Positions 42,001 through 52,818 of a DNA stretch of 64,000 nt are shown here, piece by piece. The DNA is from Antedon mediterranea. Its lineage: Eukaryota > Animalia > Echinodermata. Each line of letters starts with the position of its first letter. The first letter of the stretch is position 1. The notes beneath the pieces are model-generated. The model was not told the DNA's origin, searched no databases, and worked only from the letters and a program-made list of their open reading frames with translations. The position numbers and the translations under genes are program-made. The stretch spans positions 12,138,795-12,202,794 of the forward strand of contig NC_092670.1 of assembly GCF_964355755.1 (NCBI RefSeq), in the 5' to 3' direction.

Positions 42001-45000
42001 GGCCTAGTATACAAAGTATTATAATTATATACAAATATTAAAGAGGTCATTCAACTCATGGCCACAAAATGTGCATTTTACGACTTGGATTTAAAGTTAA
42101 TTGTTCATGAAAACAGTTGATTTCCTAGGCATAGTCACCATGGAGCCACATCGCCATCGCCCACTTCACAACTTTCAACAACAAGAAGGAAAGGTATTGA
42201 TTTCTCGGAATCTGAACATGATTGGAAAGCAGGTAGAAAATCTACATAACTGTATTTTTATATAACTTTAATCGGTTCGAAGCGGACTATACTGTAGAGA
42301 GGCCTACCGAGTATAGTAGGGCTACAGTATTTCTAGAAAAATTCATCTACTGTATTTCACTTTTGTTTAATTAAGTCAACGAACAGCGATAATTAACATT
42401 TTATGGATGATAAAAAGTACAAAGAGAAAAACAATAACTTGCATAGGTTGGACGTTATAAATCACAAAGTGAAACAAATTCAAACAACGGATTGACTTGG
42501 TTCAAGGTTACTTTATGTGTGTCTCTTTTCTAAAAATAGAATAAGAATATCTGAAAATTGTTTAATTTGATTTTAAAATGTGATGTCCAATAAAGTTTGG
42601 TCCCAACAGAACGCAACGACGTATACACACCAAATAATGCGTGGAATATATCAATGCACAAGCGAATAAACAGGAAAATAAACCTAGGCCTACTTTTAAC
42701 AGAACGATTGCTGATAGGCCTATCTGATAACGAAAAAAAAAATGAATTCAGCTGGGCCCGTATTATCTATTGGTATCTCAAACTTATTTAAAAATGCAAT
42801 ATACATTATGAATATGAAGCTTGGCCAATGTTGCTAAAAAGTTCTCTAACTAACCATGTCGACAAAAAGTAGAATTTGGTGTGAAGTCTTTTTTTTCACT
42901 TTTATTTTTTAGGCCTACATGAAACGCTATAGCTGTCTTCTGTGGCTCACCACTTTCCAATCTGCCCACTTCTAAAAAACTACATAAAAGGTTCTATTGA
43001 CTGCTTCATAATAGATATTTCCTTTTCTAATTTTATACGTGACCCAAGATGACCGGATTCCAATGTAGGAAATGGTAGTGCGGTTATTATCTACCCACAG
43101 CGGTAACTAATGTCCTTGTGTTATATCCTTCATATACTATTTTTAGAAAATAAAAAAGCAACAGAAAATAAGGATGTCACCGAGTTACTAGCTTTCCTAT
43201 TTTAAGCTATGTTTAGGCCTACATGCACTTTTCTCGCTCAATCGGAGTTACAGTTACGTGTTCAACCGTATAATACAGTAGCGTTATTTCAAATTGCCTT
43301 GATCGAATGTATATACAAGCTGTAAGTTATTAAAAATTCGAGGTACATCGGAGTCTTATTGGAGTTAACTACGCGACAGGAAGAGAGTTTAAAATAACAC
43401 AATAAAGTCCGATGTTACCGTACTCTGATGCGATTTGGATTAGACTATGTTTATGCACGCTTACAGTTACTCTAGTGCGTGTGCGCGTGTGAACAGCTAT
43501 ATTTACATTTTTGTCTTCTCATAATCAAAAAAGTTTAAAAAAAAGAAAATAAACAAATTAGCGCAGTGTCCTGTTTTCTAATAAATTGTCACAAAAAGAA
43601 AATCGATAAATTGGTGACGTTATAAAGCGGATTGAAATCTCGAGTAAAGGTGTCTTCAATATGGGCGGAACCATTCAAAATCACGCCCTCTGTTGATATT
43701 AAATTAAGTGAGCGCTTATTATTGTTATCTTTCAGTCTATTGCTTTGGCGCCTTCACTTTTCTTTAAATTGATTTTTAATTAAATTATGTTTGAAGAACT
43801 AATTGTTTATTTTAAAATTACGAAACAAAATATTTACTGTGCCATTAAACCGATTTAATAGTACTTCAACTAGACTCTGAAGGAAGTAGAACAAATTTAA
43901 ATCGGTATCTAAAAGTTATATAAAAGTACTAAGGGATCATGTCAAATTAGTCTACTGCAGTTACTGCAGCATCTACATGTTGTTTACTTTTTAACTTGTT
44001 TATGCATTTATTTAACAATGTGTATAACTTGCAGTGATTGCGTCATAAACTTCATTGAAATAAACTTATAAAAAAACATTAAAAAAAATATATAAAAAAT
44101 ATAATAAACCACACGATACGTTATTGCAGTAAAACAAAATAATAGTTACTGCAGTAAATGCAGTAGAATAATTTCAGACACGGTCTCTTATCTGACTTTT
44201 ATATTTCCTCAAAAAAGATAATTGGCATTCCTTAAAAAATGCTTTATTGTAATGATATTCTGGGGAAATTTACTCTTTTTTTAGCAATTGTTAAAAGTTA
44301 CAAAGGTGCATTGTGCTTTTTACTAGGAGTTGTTATTTGCTGATCATGATTCACCTATTGTACAAAAATATTTCAGATAAACCTCGAAAAGTTGAATGCA
44401 ATAGAATTGGATAAAACCACTTTACAGCCAAGGCTGTGTTTTGTTCATAATTGGAAGAGCGATAACACGTAAACGCTAGTTAAATAGGGATCGCAAATTA
44501 CCGGTAGGCCTAATGATGATGATTAATTTTGGGAGCCGTTTCCATTGCATGATGGTTGTACAATTGTGCAGACAAATATAAACATCAAGAACGTTTGAAC
44601 AATTAAATGTGCTTTAGTTGAATTTGTGACTGATGAAGTGTTGCCTAATGTGCTCCAGTTTTATTATAGAAATTCTTCTTTAAAGCTTGGTTCCCACTAG
44701 GACGCAAGGCAAGGAATTACAGATACGCAACGCAAGCAACAGTTCGAATAATTCATCGCGCTTGTAATAGGTCAAATCATGTACGTTTTACGTTGCGCTT
44801 ACGTTCTTGCGTTGTGTCCTAGCTAGAACCAAGCTTTAACTCACTTATTAATAATAGGCCTACGGTATTTTAATTTATTGCTTTTATCGTATTTTAATAG
44901 TGTAATTTAAATATTTTTACTTTTAAGTATTTTAATGTTGTTTTGCCAAGTAATTTTCGAAAATGTTGCACATTATTGCAACATTGATGAATAACATTAA

Positions 45001-48000
45001 CTAGCTGTGCAAATTCTAAAAGTGAGAAGACGGTATACTGACTGGGCTAAGTTAAAACAGACATATACATTCTGGATAATAATTAATTGGGATATTGATG
45101 TCTCTTTTTTAAAATGAATTTGAAACGTTTGCACGTGGTTATTACACACGTCGTCTCGTTAATAAAAATAATACATACTAGGCCTAAATTAAATTCCAAA
45201 TTACATTATAACGTCAATGTTTTTTGGCAATATAGGCCAATGTGTGAATAACTGATTTGTATTATAACAGATAAATCACTTCTTATCAAACATTAAATGT
45301 GCTATAAGAGACGTATGTAATAACGTTTAGTAGTGTGGATTTGTACCGTTTAATATCCGAATTACAAATTAAGTCTAATCACCACACGTAAATTCAAATC
45401 CACAGTAATGGGCCTATCATTTATCGAGTGGATGTAATTAGTTAATTCTTTAAATTCTCAACAATAAACCAGGGAGATGTTTACATCTCCCTGAATAAAC
45501 TATGATTAGTTGTTTGCCAACAAGAAAAAAATGAGGACTAAAACAAATGAGAATGGTGCAAATTTACGACTATCAAAATAATTATTTATTTACGTTACTA
45601 GTATTAAAGCATGACTATTAAAATAACTAATTAATGCATATTCATGATATTAAATAAATTAGTTAATGAATATTTATGATATTAAATTAATTTGCTAATG
45701 CATATTCATGATATTAAATAAATTAGTTAATGAATATTTATGATATTAAATTAATTTGCTAAAATGTATTAATCATGATATCAATTTAATAAATTAGGCT
45801 AATGCATATTCATAATATTACAGTAATTTAATGAATAAATGCATATTCATATTAATTTAATGAATGAATGCATATTCAAGATATTAATTTAATGAATTAA
45901 TGCATTAATCATAAAATTATTAATTAATGCATATTCATTATGTAAATTTAATTAATTTGGCCCCTAATGAATATTCATATTATTTAAATTAATTCATTTA
46001 TATTCATGATATCAAATGTAATCAATTAATGCATATTCATAATTTAATTAATTAATGTATATTCATGAAATTAATTAAATTAAATACATATTCACATTAT
46101 ATTAAAGTAATTTAATTAGGCCTAGTTAATATATTCATAAATATATCAAATTATTCAATAGTTTCCATGAATAAACTAAATAATCAAACTCCTCCCACAA
46201 TTGCACCACCTGGAGTAACCAGGTTTTTCTCCATTTCTTTCATTGTTTAAACCTCCGCTTCGCTGATACACAAATTATTGTCTTTCAATGCACGCGGTTA
46301 TATAAATTGTTTTACGATCTTTTTGTTCGAAATTCTAGTTCCATAATCCTAGCCGTCACAGATGCTGATATTAGATACCGACCGTATTTGTTATGTAAAT
46401 TAAATTCGAGCTTTTAATATTGATGTCCAAAATAATGATATGAAGAAACGAAGTTAAGCACTAAAAAAAATGCAATTTATAAAAATTAATATTCTGCACA
46501 AAAATGGAGGTACGTTTCTGTAATAACGCAAATTACGAGCAAATTACAGTGTTTCTTTGGATCATAACATTTATTTGGTAAGGAAACAAACTGTTAAGCT
46601 ACATGTCTACTTGCTGAATCGCCATGATCCGTAAACCAAATAACAATTAATATTTTAAATAGCCGTGTATCTACAAATAGCCGAATGACGGCAAATGTAA
46701 TCATTTATTCTGAAATATTTTGACAGAAAGGAAGAAATGAGATCGTTGACAAAATCCGACCGTAATCCTAGATAAACGGTTACAGCATTAATTGGATTTG
46801 TGAAAGATTCTCTCATGGGATACAATAGAGTAAAAGGAATGAACTGTATCCAAGGACATAACGCCTAACATTCCATATCATGCACTCGATCCACAAGCGG
46901 TATCATGTCTAGTGACAATTAACACAATGCAGTATCATGTCTTCTGACATCAACCTGTATCACATGGGATATTGTTATAGGCACGAAAAGTGGAATTGTA
47001 ATATAGATCTTATACATTAATTTGCAGATTCTAAGTACGGTATCGCCTACAGCAACGTTTAACACTCTGCAGTATTACGTCTACTGCGGGCACCAGGACC
47101 ATACCATAACATATTAACTGTAACTTAACCATCTCACTATACATAGTATCTGGCATATGGTGTGGCTAGATAGGGCCTACAATTAGTAAATTTTATTTGC
47201 TATAAATGGTACTGCTCAAGAAATCAAATTCATGGGATCCAATGGGAATAACGTGTATGAACTAGAGTTTCACCAGACCATGTGTTTCAGAGATAACTGG
47301 TGAATTCTGAACTGGGTGTCTTCAAATGACGGGATGCATCTTATTTTCATGACATACTACCTCATGACTTCTAAACTGATCTTCTTAGGCCCATTCATAC
47401 TTTAGTTTTTTACCCGGGTAAGTTGGTTTTATGTACTGTACAAAGTTACCGCAGCGTGTACGCTACAAAAGTTACTTACAATCGCTTACAAAATCTATTC
47501 TTACGTTTCGTTTTATTAACATTCGCCCCAGGATTAGGAAATACGCCTACTAGTATTTATTTGCGAGGTTAATCAATGTCCTACAAAATGTAGCATGTTC
47601 TCTTTAATATTTCATCAATATACAATAGGAATGTGTTGACCTAAAAAGTACAGACACATTATTATTACCGTAATGTCTTTAATTAAATACTTATTAGCAA
47701 TGGTACACAGACTAATGTTTATTGTGTAAACTATTCATTTATTTTTCCATCTGTGGGAAACCCAAGGACTCCAATTGTAGTAATATTTTCTGTTGGTATT
47801 GGTATTTGCTTCGGATTAAAGTCTAAAAACGATTTCACCAACATGCAACGACAACACGATTCCGCTAGGTTTAATATCTGTTCTATTTATAGATATCAAG
47901 TACAGTTTATGATCTGAATCAATTACTCAATGGAAATGTAAATGAATTATGAGATGCGTTTATATTTGTATTGTTTATAAATTGTAATGTAATACTTGCA

Positions 48001-49138
48001 GCCTATATATCGTAAATTTTACAGGTAGGAGGATTGTAAGTGTGGTAGGTCATAAATATATATTCTATGCAACACGTGCCCGTCATTTCAGAGCAGTATA
48101 GTATTACACATATTAAATTATCGATTATAGTTTGCCTAAAAACTCATACATTATGGTTATAATTACTTTTTATCACCGCACAAAGTAGTGCACAGCCGAC
48201 AAAATGTTGTTGTGATCAAAATGCTCAAAGGTTCAATTTGTCTACACTGGGCCTAGCTAGAGTATTGGTTAAATAAACAATGCAAAATTAAAATATATGG
48301 TATAAAATACTGCTTCATCCATGGACCTATAAATTAGTTAGGTCCATGCTTAATCAATTCGCGGATTATGATAATTAATATTCATTCATGGTGTTTGATT
48401 GATGGAAACACCTCGTTTGTTCAAAAATCTACATACAAGGAACGATGAGTCGTTTTGATTAGTGCACGATATAATTTTGTTACAAAAATTTATTTTTTTA
48501 ATAAGAATAAGATGTAATTGCTGGGTTTATCTTTGGTTTAAAGTGAAGAAGACTACATGATTACTAATTTTACTAAAAGTAGGTCATATAGTAGTGATGT
48601 ATTAAAATGGGTATTAAAATATATCCTTACTAAACAAACTACTGTGCCGTGATTTGTGATATACCTGTGAAGTTATACCATCGTCTGATGTAGGCTTGGC
48701 AATAGGCCTAAGTTTTATAAAACATTTAGCTCGGAAATCTCGTCACTGACACTTTCCACAAAGTACTAACCGTTCCACCATTTACCATTGTTTTGCTTGT
48801 GGCACTCTCTATATGACATGACACTCGCGTGTATAATTCGTGCAGTAACACAAATAATTCGAGAATGTCAACTTTTGAGTTGTACGCGCAATTGCACGTA
48901 TTCAATACATTCTAACATCGTAATTTAAACTTTTTAAACAAATTGTTTATTTTGTGAGCGCGTGTGTTGTCGGGGTTGGGACAGATACATTAGGTTGGGA
49001 GGCTTGCAAAAAGCCTAGAAAGGAGAAACGGGGGAGAAACCACTTATCTGAACATTAATATAGGCCTAGGCCTATTCAATATTTTGAAAGAAAGATGTAG
49101 GTACTTACGAATACATAGGTGATTGATGACAGCATCAT
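8253..49138 (-). CDS. CRHR: Class B1 GPCR, corticotropin-releasing factor / diuretic hormone 44 receptor-like; 12 coding exons, 693 aa
   Basis: Exons 49138-49109, 14291-14012, 13746-13636, 13167-13091, 12946-12846, 12212-12098, 11878-11725, 11520-11463, 11146-11035, 10480-10395, 9735-9564 and 9038-8253 are all GT-AG, phase-compatible, and total 2082 nt. The protein has a six-Cys hormone-binding domain (D..TCWP, CP, C..NGTW, NYTNC), SLRCLRNYIHWN, NFFWMFVEGLYL, IGWGIP, TKLKASHSFETKQYRKALR..LLLPLLG and SFEGFFV...FCNQEV. Confidence 0.92.
9564..9735 (-). CDS. GPCR exon: TM6-TM7
   Basis: KALRGIVLLLPLLGVTGIVYVFNTGGGNHPSVVISNALLHSFEGFFVVLIYVFCNQE, AG/GT bounded. Confidence 0.92.
10395..10480 (-). 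CDS. GPCR exon: end of TM5 and ICL3
   Basis: TNCFFLFHISFILMTKLKASHSFETKQYR, AG/GT bounded. Confidence 0.92.
11035..11146 (-). CDS. GPCR exon: ECL2-TM5
   Basis: CWASVGADLYDDNGEPIKGSVEYLEFIFVGPVIAILV, AG/GT bounded. Confidence 0.92.
11463..11520 (-). CDS. GPCR exon: TM4
   Basis: (G)IPLIITIVYAICELQLGV(G); phase 1 in, phase 2 out, matching both neighbours. Confidence 0.9.
11725..11878 (-). CDS. GPCR exon: TM3-ICL2
   Basis: TVCRILMTLIIYAQCTNFFWMFVEGLYLYTLVVMALKPEKMTIIKYCLIGW. Confidence 0.95.
12098..12212 (-). CDS. GPCR exon: ICL1-TM2
   Basis: SLRCLRNYIHWNFIASFLFLYIMFFCNHQMIKKSLDNL, AG/GT bounded. Confidence 0.92.
12846..12946 (-). CDS. GPCR exon: TM1
   Basis: SAVYLDIATVILYAGYSLSFVSLVIAFCIFLSFK. 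Confidence 0.92.
13091..13167 (-). CDS. GPCR exon: C-terminal part of the hormone-binding domain
   Basis: EVTRNCYLNGTWANKANYTNCQAVTV. Confidence 0.92.
13636..13746 (-). CDS. GPCR exon: hormone-binding domain core
   Basis: GRYCPSLYDNITCWPPSPPGEVRLKCPRVWNGVAYKS. Confidence 0.92.
14012..14291 (-). CDS. GPCR exon 2: end of signal peptide and acidic N-terminal extension with the first conserved Cys
   Basis: tttcag|IAATITIALSSDGTFGEYNVS...FTTCTLWKIYEEQDLIDMQPNGTE G|GTAGTG; the phase 1 end fits the next exon. Confidence 0.85.
22336..22728. mobile_element. Non-autonomous Kolobok-type MITE with an internal ~110-bp tandem duplication of its left end
   Basis: TTAA|AGGGTAGCTCCGGGTTTAAAAT ... ATTTTAACCCGGAGCTACACT|TTAA; 22336-22446 is repeated at 22447-22557. 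Confidence 0.8.
24732..25410. repeat. Homogeneous 42-bp tandem array (dimer of two related 21-mers), ~16 units
   Basis: Unit ACTAGATTCATTCTTAACATA-ACTAGATCCAACCATAGAACA. Confidence 0.95.
25484..26197. repeat. 21-bp tandem array of interleaved variants related to the adjacent 42-bp array
   Basis: Variants ACTAGATCCACTCGTAGAACA, ACTAGATCCACACGTAGAACA and ACTAGATCTAGTCGTTGAACA in irregular order. Confidence 0.95.
28795..28975. mobile_element. Short MITE (AAGCTCTGTCTACACT...AGTGTAGACAGA) with internal 21-bp CCAAATATGGTAGTGAT repeats
   Basis: Terminal inverted repeats; a second copy lies in the opposite orientation at 61561-61712. Confidence 0.8.
34175..34452. repeat. ~105-bp tandem repeat, ~2.7 copies, inside the foldback element
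   Basis: ATTAATGTACGAT...GTTTAACACTGTTCT.AACTATAGTCATTTTGGT.TACTTG occurs three times. Confidence 0.9.
34470..35575. repeat. ~185-195-bp tandem repeat, ~6 copies, inside the foldback element
   Basis: Unit AAAGAT...GCTGAGTAAACGGGACCAG...GGAGGTACCCTAGTATAATCCCACCAAGTGACTCCCAGGAGCAATCCGCCGTTTTCTCACAAATACAG. Confidence 0.95.
38183..38261 (+). mobile_element. 3' tail of a LINE/SINE (L2/CR1-group-like stem-loop plus (TAT)n)
   Basis: TGTAAAGCGCCTTTGAGCATG...AAAAGGGCGCTATATAAAT followed by (TAT)n. Confidence 0.65.
44684..44835. mobile_element. ~150-bp MITE (AGCTTGGTTCCCACTAG..ACGCAACGCAAG family), PIF/Harbinger- or Kolobok-like
   Basis: TTAA-AGCTTGGTTCCCACTAG ... CTAGAACCAAGCT-TTAA. Degenerate relatives at ~7680-7810, 15330-15605, 28115-28240, 30655-30870, 37875-37990, 50300-50440 and 54020-54150. 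Confidence 0.8.
45629..46140. repeat. AT-rich degenerate minisatellite built on TAATGCATATTCAT
   Basis: More than a dozen ATG(C/A)ATATTCAT cores at roughly 28-35 bp spacing. Confidence 0.85.
49109..49138 (-). CDS. Predicted first coding exon of the GPCR (start codon and first half of the signal peptide)
   Basis: ATG ATG CTG TCA TCA ATC ACC TAT GTA TTC|GTAAGT: perfect donor in phase 0. Joined to exon 2 it gives MMLSSITYVFIAATITIALS-SDG, a plausible signal peptide. Confidence 0.7.
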
Positions 49139-49884
49139 GCCGGTATTATACAAATCAATCGATTATTGGAAATAGTTTCATTAACTCTTCAATCAATGAG
49201 GAGTGGCAGTGATCTTGTGATGAAAATTCAATTCAATTCACAACCGTAAAAATACAATAAACAAACAATCTTTAGTAATATTATCGGCGTGGTGATGTTT
49301 TAATAGCAGTATATATGCAGGCCGGCATTCCAACGCTGTTTTAGCTCATAACAACGGTTATCAGACCCTGATAACGTCTCTTTTCCCCTGAATACAATAA
49401 ACCACACCAGCTTTGTCTCTTTGTTTAGGCGATTATTATCCTAGCACTTCAAACATACAAACTTTCCTGCTGCGGATACAAAGTATACGGTTCCTTCCAT
49501 GTGAACACGGTCAGTTCAGCAGTAAATTGAGTTCAACTAGTGAGGAATTAAGCTAGTTCTGTGTGTGCTTAATACGTTCAGTCACGCTGTTTAATTAACA
49601 CTGTAATATAAACAAAATCAAACAATATTTATGATTTCAATGCAACTTGTGGTTTTGAAGGTCGCAGTCTATTTACTCGTGCGTTTGGCTGGGTGTGTAT
49701 ATTTTTATAGATCTATAAATAGAACCCACGATAATATATACACAATTTTTATATATGAGCATAAAAAATATCATATTGGTAGTACAAATTACCTTGAAAA
49801 GTATAACAAATCCAAGTATAACATTTGTATTCTCTTAAACAGTAATGTCCATATCGAACAGAAGAGCCGTCCAGCGACAGAGAC

Positions 49885-49992
49885 GTTAGCACTGACTTAT
49901 CGCTACTCACACACTAACAATGGTATAATCGCTAGCTACTAGTTACATCTCGGAGAGAACTTCAAGGAGCATGCGCAGTTCTGATTGGTTAG
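49885..49992 (-). promoter_or_regulatory. Candidate GPCR core promoter: Inr-like TCAGT (49895-49891), NRF1-like GCATGCGCA (49969-49977), CCAAT box (49984-49988)
   Basis: Motif order and spacing (CCAAT about 90 nt upstream of Inr), ~750 nt upstream of the predicted ATG. Motif-only inference. Confidence 0.35.
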
Positions 49993-50987
49993 TGAATGGG
50001 AGTGTCGAATTTATAAATATTTGGATTAGAAATAGACTAAAAACAGAGAGGTTGAAATAGGTTTCGCAAAAGAAAAATGGAAATTATGTAAGTGTATTAT
50101 TTTGCTATTAATAGCTTTGATTTTGCAGAAAAAAGCTAAAAAAATGTATTTTTTAAATGTCTCCATCAAAATAATGGAATCGACCGAGCTTAAAACTTCC
50201 AGAGAATTAACACCGTGTGTATTATAAACTACTGTACGGTAGGCATACAAAAGTTCAATAACCAACTTAAACTAACGTACATGCGCAACGCATGAGGTGG
50301 TCTTGGTTCTCCACTCGGATGCAGTACAACGCACACTTTTAACCAATCCGACGCGATGGATCGTCCGAACTGTCGCGTGTGATTGGTCAACTCAACCTAC
50401 TTACGTTGAGCGTACGTAATTTTGTTGCGTAAGTGGATACTATGTTTTCGAATTGCGACGACCAAACTACGTCATGTTAGTTCACAATGTGCGCATGTGG
50501 AGATATAGGACGGTGTGTCATCGCTCCTCAACTTGACATAGGGATGGTTTCTAGGTCCAGACGACCAATGACACGTCGATTGAAATGACTTCTGACCTAA
50601 GTTGGTCGCTGAATCCTCGGTCGACGAAAATCGAAAATCGTATATACACGTTGAATTCGTCAAGATTCATATTGTGTAAAATCCCCAATAGGCATACAGT
50701 AGCTCATAATCACAGTCATATGTTAGCATTTAAGTTAATTCGTGATTGAATTTCATCTGCGGAGATTATGTTTTTACACAGACTTGCGGCTTAATATGAT
50801 AATACCCTATGCGCGTTTACACGTAGTTATGGAATACACACTGCTTGGTAATTACCCAAATTCGTGCAAATGCCTACTCGATTATTACACGCGTGTAGCA
50901 AGTGAGGCTAACAATACTTTAATTGTGGTGTGTTGAGTTCAGCAAATTATACAATATAATATAAAATATATATAATATTATAATTAA

Positions 50988-51225
50988 ATAAATAAATGAT
51001 AAAGACGCTAGTAAATTACCAACTGAACATTTTATTGCACTACAGGCTGTTTCATGAGTATGAACTCAATCTTCAGGTGCTTGGCTCTGAATGATAGTCA
51101 TGAAACAGCCTGTAGTGCAATAAAATGTTCAGTTGGTAATTTACTAGCGTCTTTATCATTTATTTATATTTGGCTCTACATTTTGTATCGAGCACTTTCG
51201 ATTTCATGATCTGCGTTAAATTTAC
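50988..51225. mobile_element. Penelope-like element remnant (inverted partial pLTRs)
   Basis: Perfect ~70-bp inverted arms at 50988-51057 and 51098-51167, containing AATAAA and overlapping a hammerhead core. This arrangement is typical of truncated PLE insertions. Confidence 0.7.
51037..51080 (-). ncRNA. Minimal type I hammerhead ribozyme motif
   Basis: Minus strand GCAC-CUGAAGA-U-UGAG-UUCAUA-CUCA-U-GAAAC-AG-C-CU-GUA-GUGC: stem I GCAC/GUGC, core CUGANGA and GAAA, stem II UGAG/CUCA, stem III ACAG/CUGU, cleavage triplet GUA. Confidence 0.7.
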
Positions 51226-51417
51226 CACGATTTAATATTATTATTATATATTTTTATTTTTTGCTTGATTCACAATTACACAAAGACACATATGGTGCAA
51301 CGCTGTGAGTTTACAAATCACAAGCGGCAGTTATAAATTTCCATCGCGTCGTCATTGGTCAAATTACTTGCGCTTACGTTCTTACGTTGCGTCCACGTAC
51401 GTGGGATCAGAGGTTTA

Positions 51418-51652
51418 AGCGTGGTTCCCACTACTAGCGACGCAACACAAGGACGTAACGCAACGCAAGTGATTGCATGCTTGGTTCCAACTAACGACGC
51501 AACACAAGGACGTAACGCAACGCAAGTGAATTGACCAATCACAAGCGATGGCTTATTCGCTTGTGATTGCTGTCTATAACTTCGCTTGTCATTGGTTAAA
51601 ACGCTTGAGTTGCGTTTACGTCCTTGCGTTACGTTCTAGTGGGAACCAAGCT
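51418..51652. mobile_element. Well-preserved copy of the AGCTTGGTTCCCACTAG MITE with a duplicated left end; the right end of another copy lies just upstream
   Basis: GGTTCC.ACTA..CGACGCAACACAAGGACGTAACGCAACGCAAGTGA occurs twice; the element ends CTAGTGGGAACCAAGCT-TTAA. Confidence 0.8.
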
Positions 51653-52601
51653 TTAAAAGTATACTACTGGGTGAGGCAACGACTGGACAAGTGTGAACTA
51701 GAAGGATACAATTCAAAGAAACAATGTGAAAATGTGACCGGTAAATGTGGTACATTGTGGATAATAATGCACGTGTAGGGAATACAAGGGTAAAAAGACA
51801 TGAACTCGGTCGCTGCTATACGCCAAAGTCCAATATTTATAACGTTACTATCTTTCTTCTAATGCACGAAACATTACATTGCGCTTCTACCAAACGATGT
51901 TTTATCGGGGTTTTGCGATAATAAATCTAAATATAGCCTGTCGTAAATATAACCTAAAAATTGATTAGGCAAATGCACATGCCGTTATATAAAACATCGA
52001 TATTATTAATAGCGTAAACTAAGATACGGTGGTTCATAAATACATGGCAATTGTTATGTTTATATAACGGGATTCGTATAGAAAGACCTAATAACATTAG
52101 GAGACACTCGGAAAAAAACAACCAACAATGATACTTAGGTAATTGTGACAATACATAGCATATACCTTAATAAATGAAATGGAGCCTTGTTTCAATTCTA
52201 TAAGATGTAACTACCAAAGGATAGGCGACATGAATTACTGTCGATAAATAATTTGACGACATGCGAGCCTTTCCATAACATATTTCTTTCAATTTAAAGC
52301 TGAATTGTGTTTTGATGAACGAAAAATTCATCTATGTTTGTTGCCCATCTTCATATATTGTAATGTTCTCATCTGATTGGAAATATTGTTTGTCCGCGCC
52401 AAGCACATAAAGAATAATATCAGTCACATGATAAAGTGGAATAAATTAAGAGTCTATTTAGATTCAAACATATTTATTACAAAGGAATACCATACATTAC
52501 ACATGTTTCGCCCAACAACTACGCTCATAAAAACGTGATCCAAATTAAGTATCTAAGAACAATTGGCACGAATGACGCCCCATAGTAATATCCATGAAAG
52601 T

Positions 52602-52818
52602 TTTAAAAGACCTGGGGTCAGATTGATCAAACTTGCTTAGAAATTAAAGCATCTTAACTTTGTTAACTTAAGTCAGCTTTCAAAATTATCTAAGCAAAAA
52701 TCTCTGCATTTTAAGAGACCTGGGGTCAGATTGATCAAACTTGCTTAGAAATAAAAGCATCTTAACTTTATTAACTTAAGTCAGTTTTCAAAATTACCTA
52801 ATCAAAAATCTTTGCATA
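52602..52818. repeat. Tandem duplication of ~105 bp
   Basis: AGACCTGGGGTCAGATTGATCAAACTTGCTTAGAAAT.AAAGCATCTTAACTTT...CAAAAATCT.TGCAT occurs twice. Confidence 0.9.
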
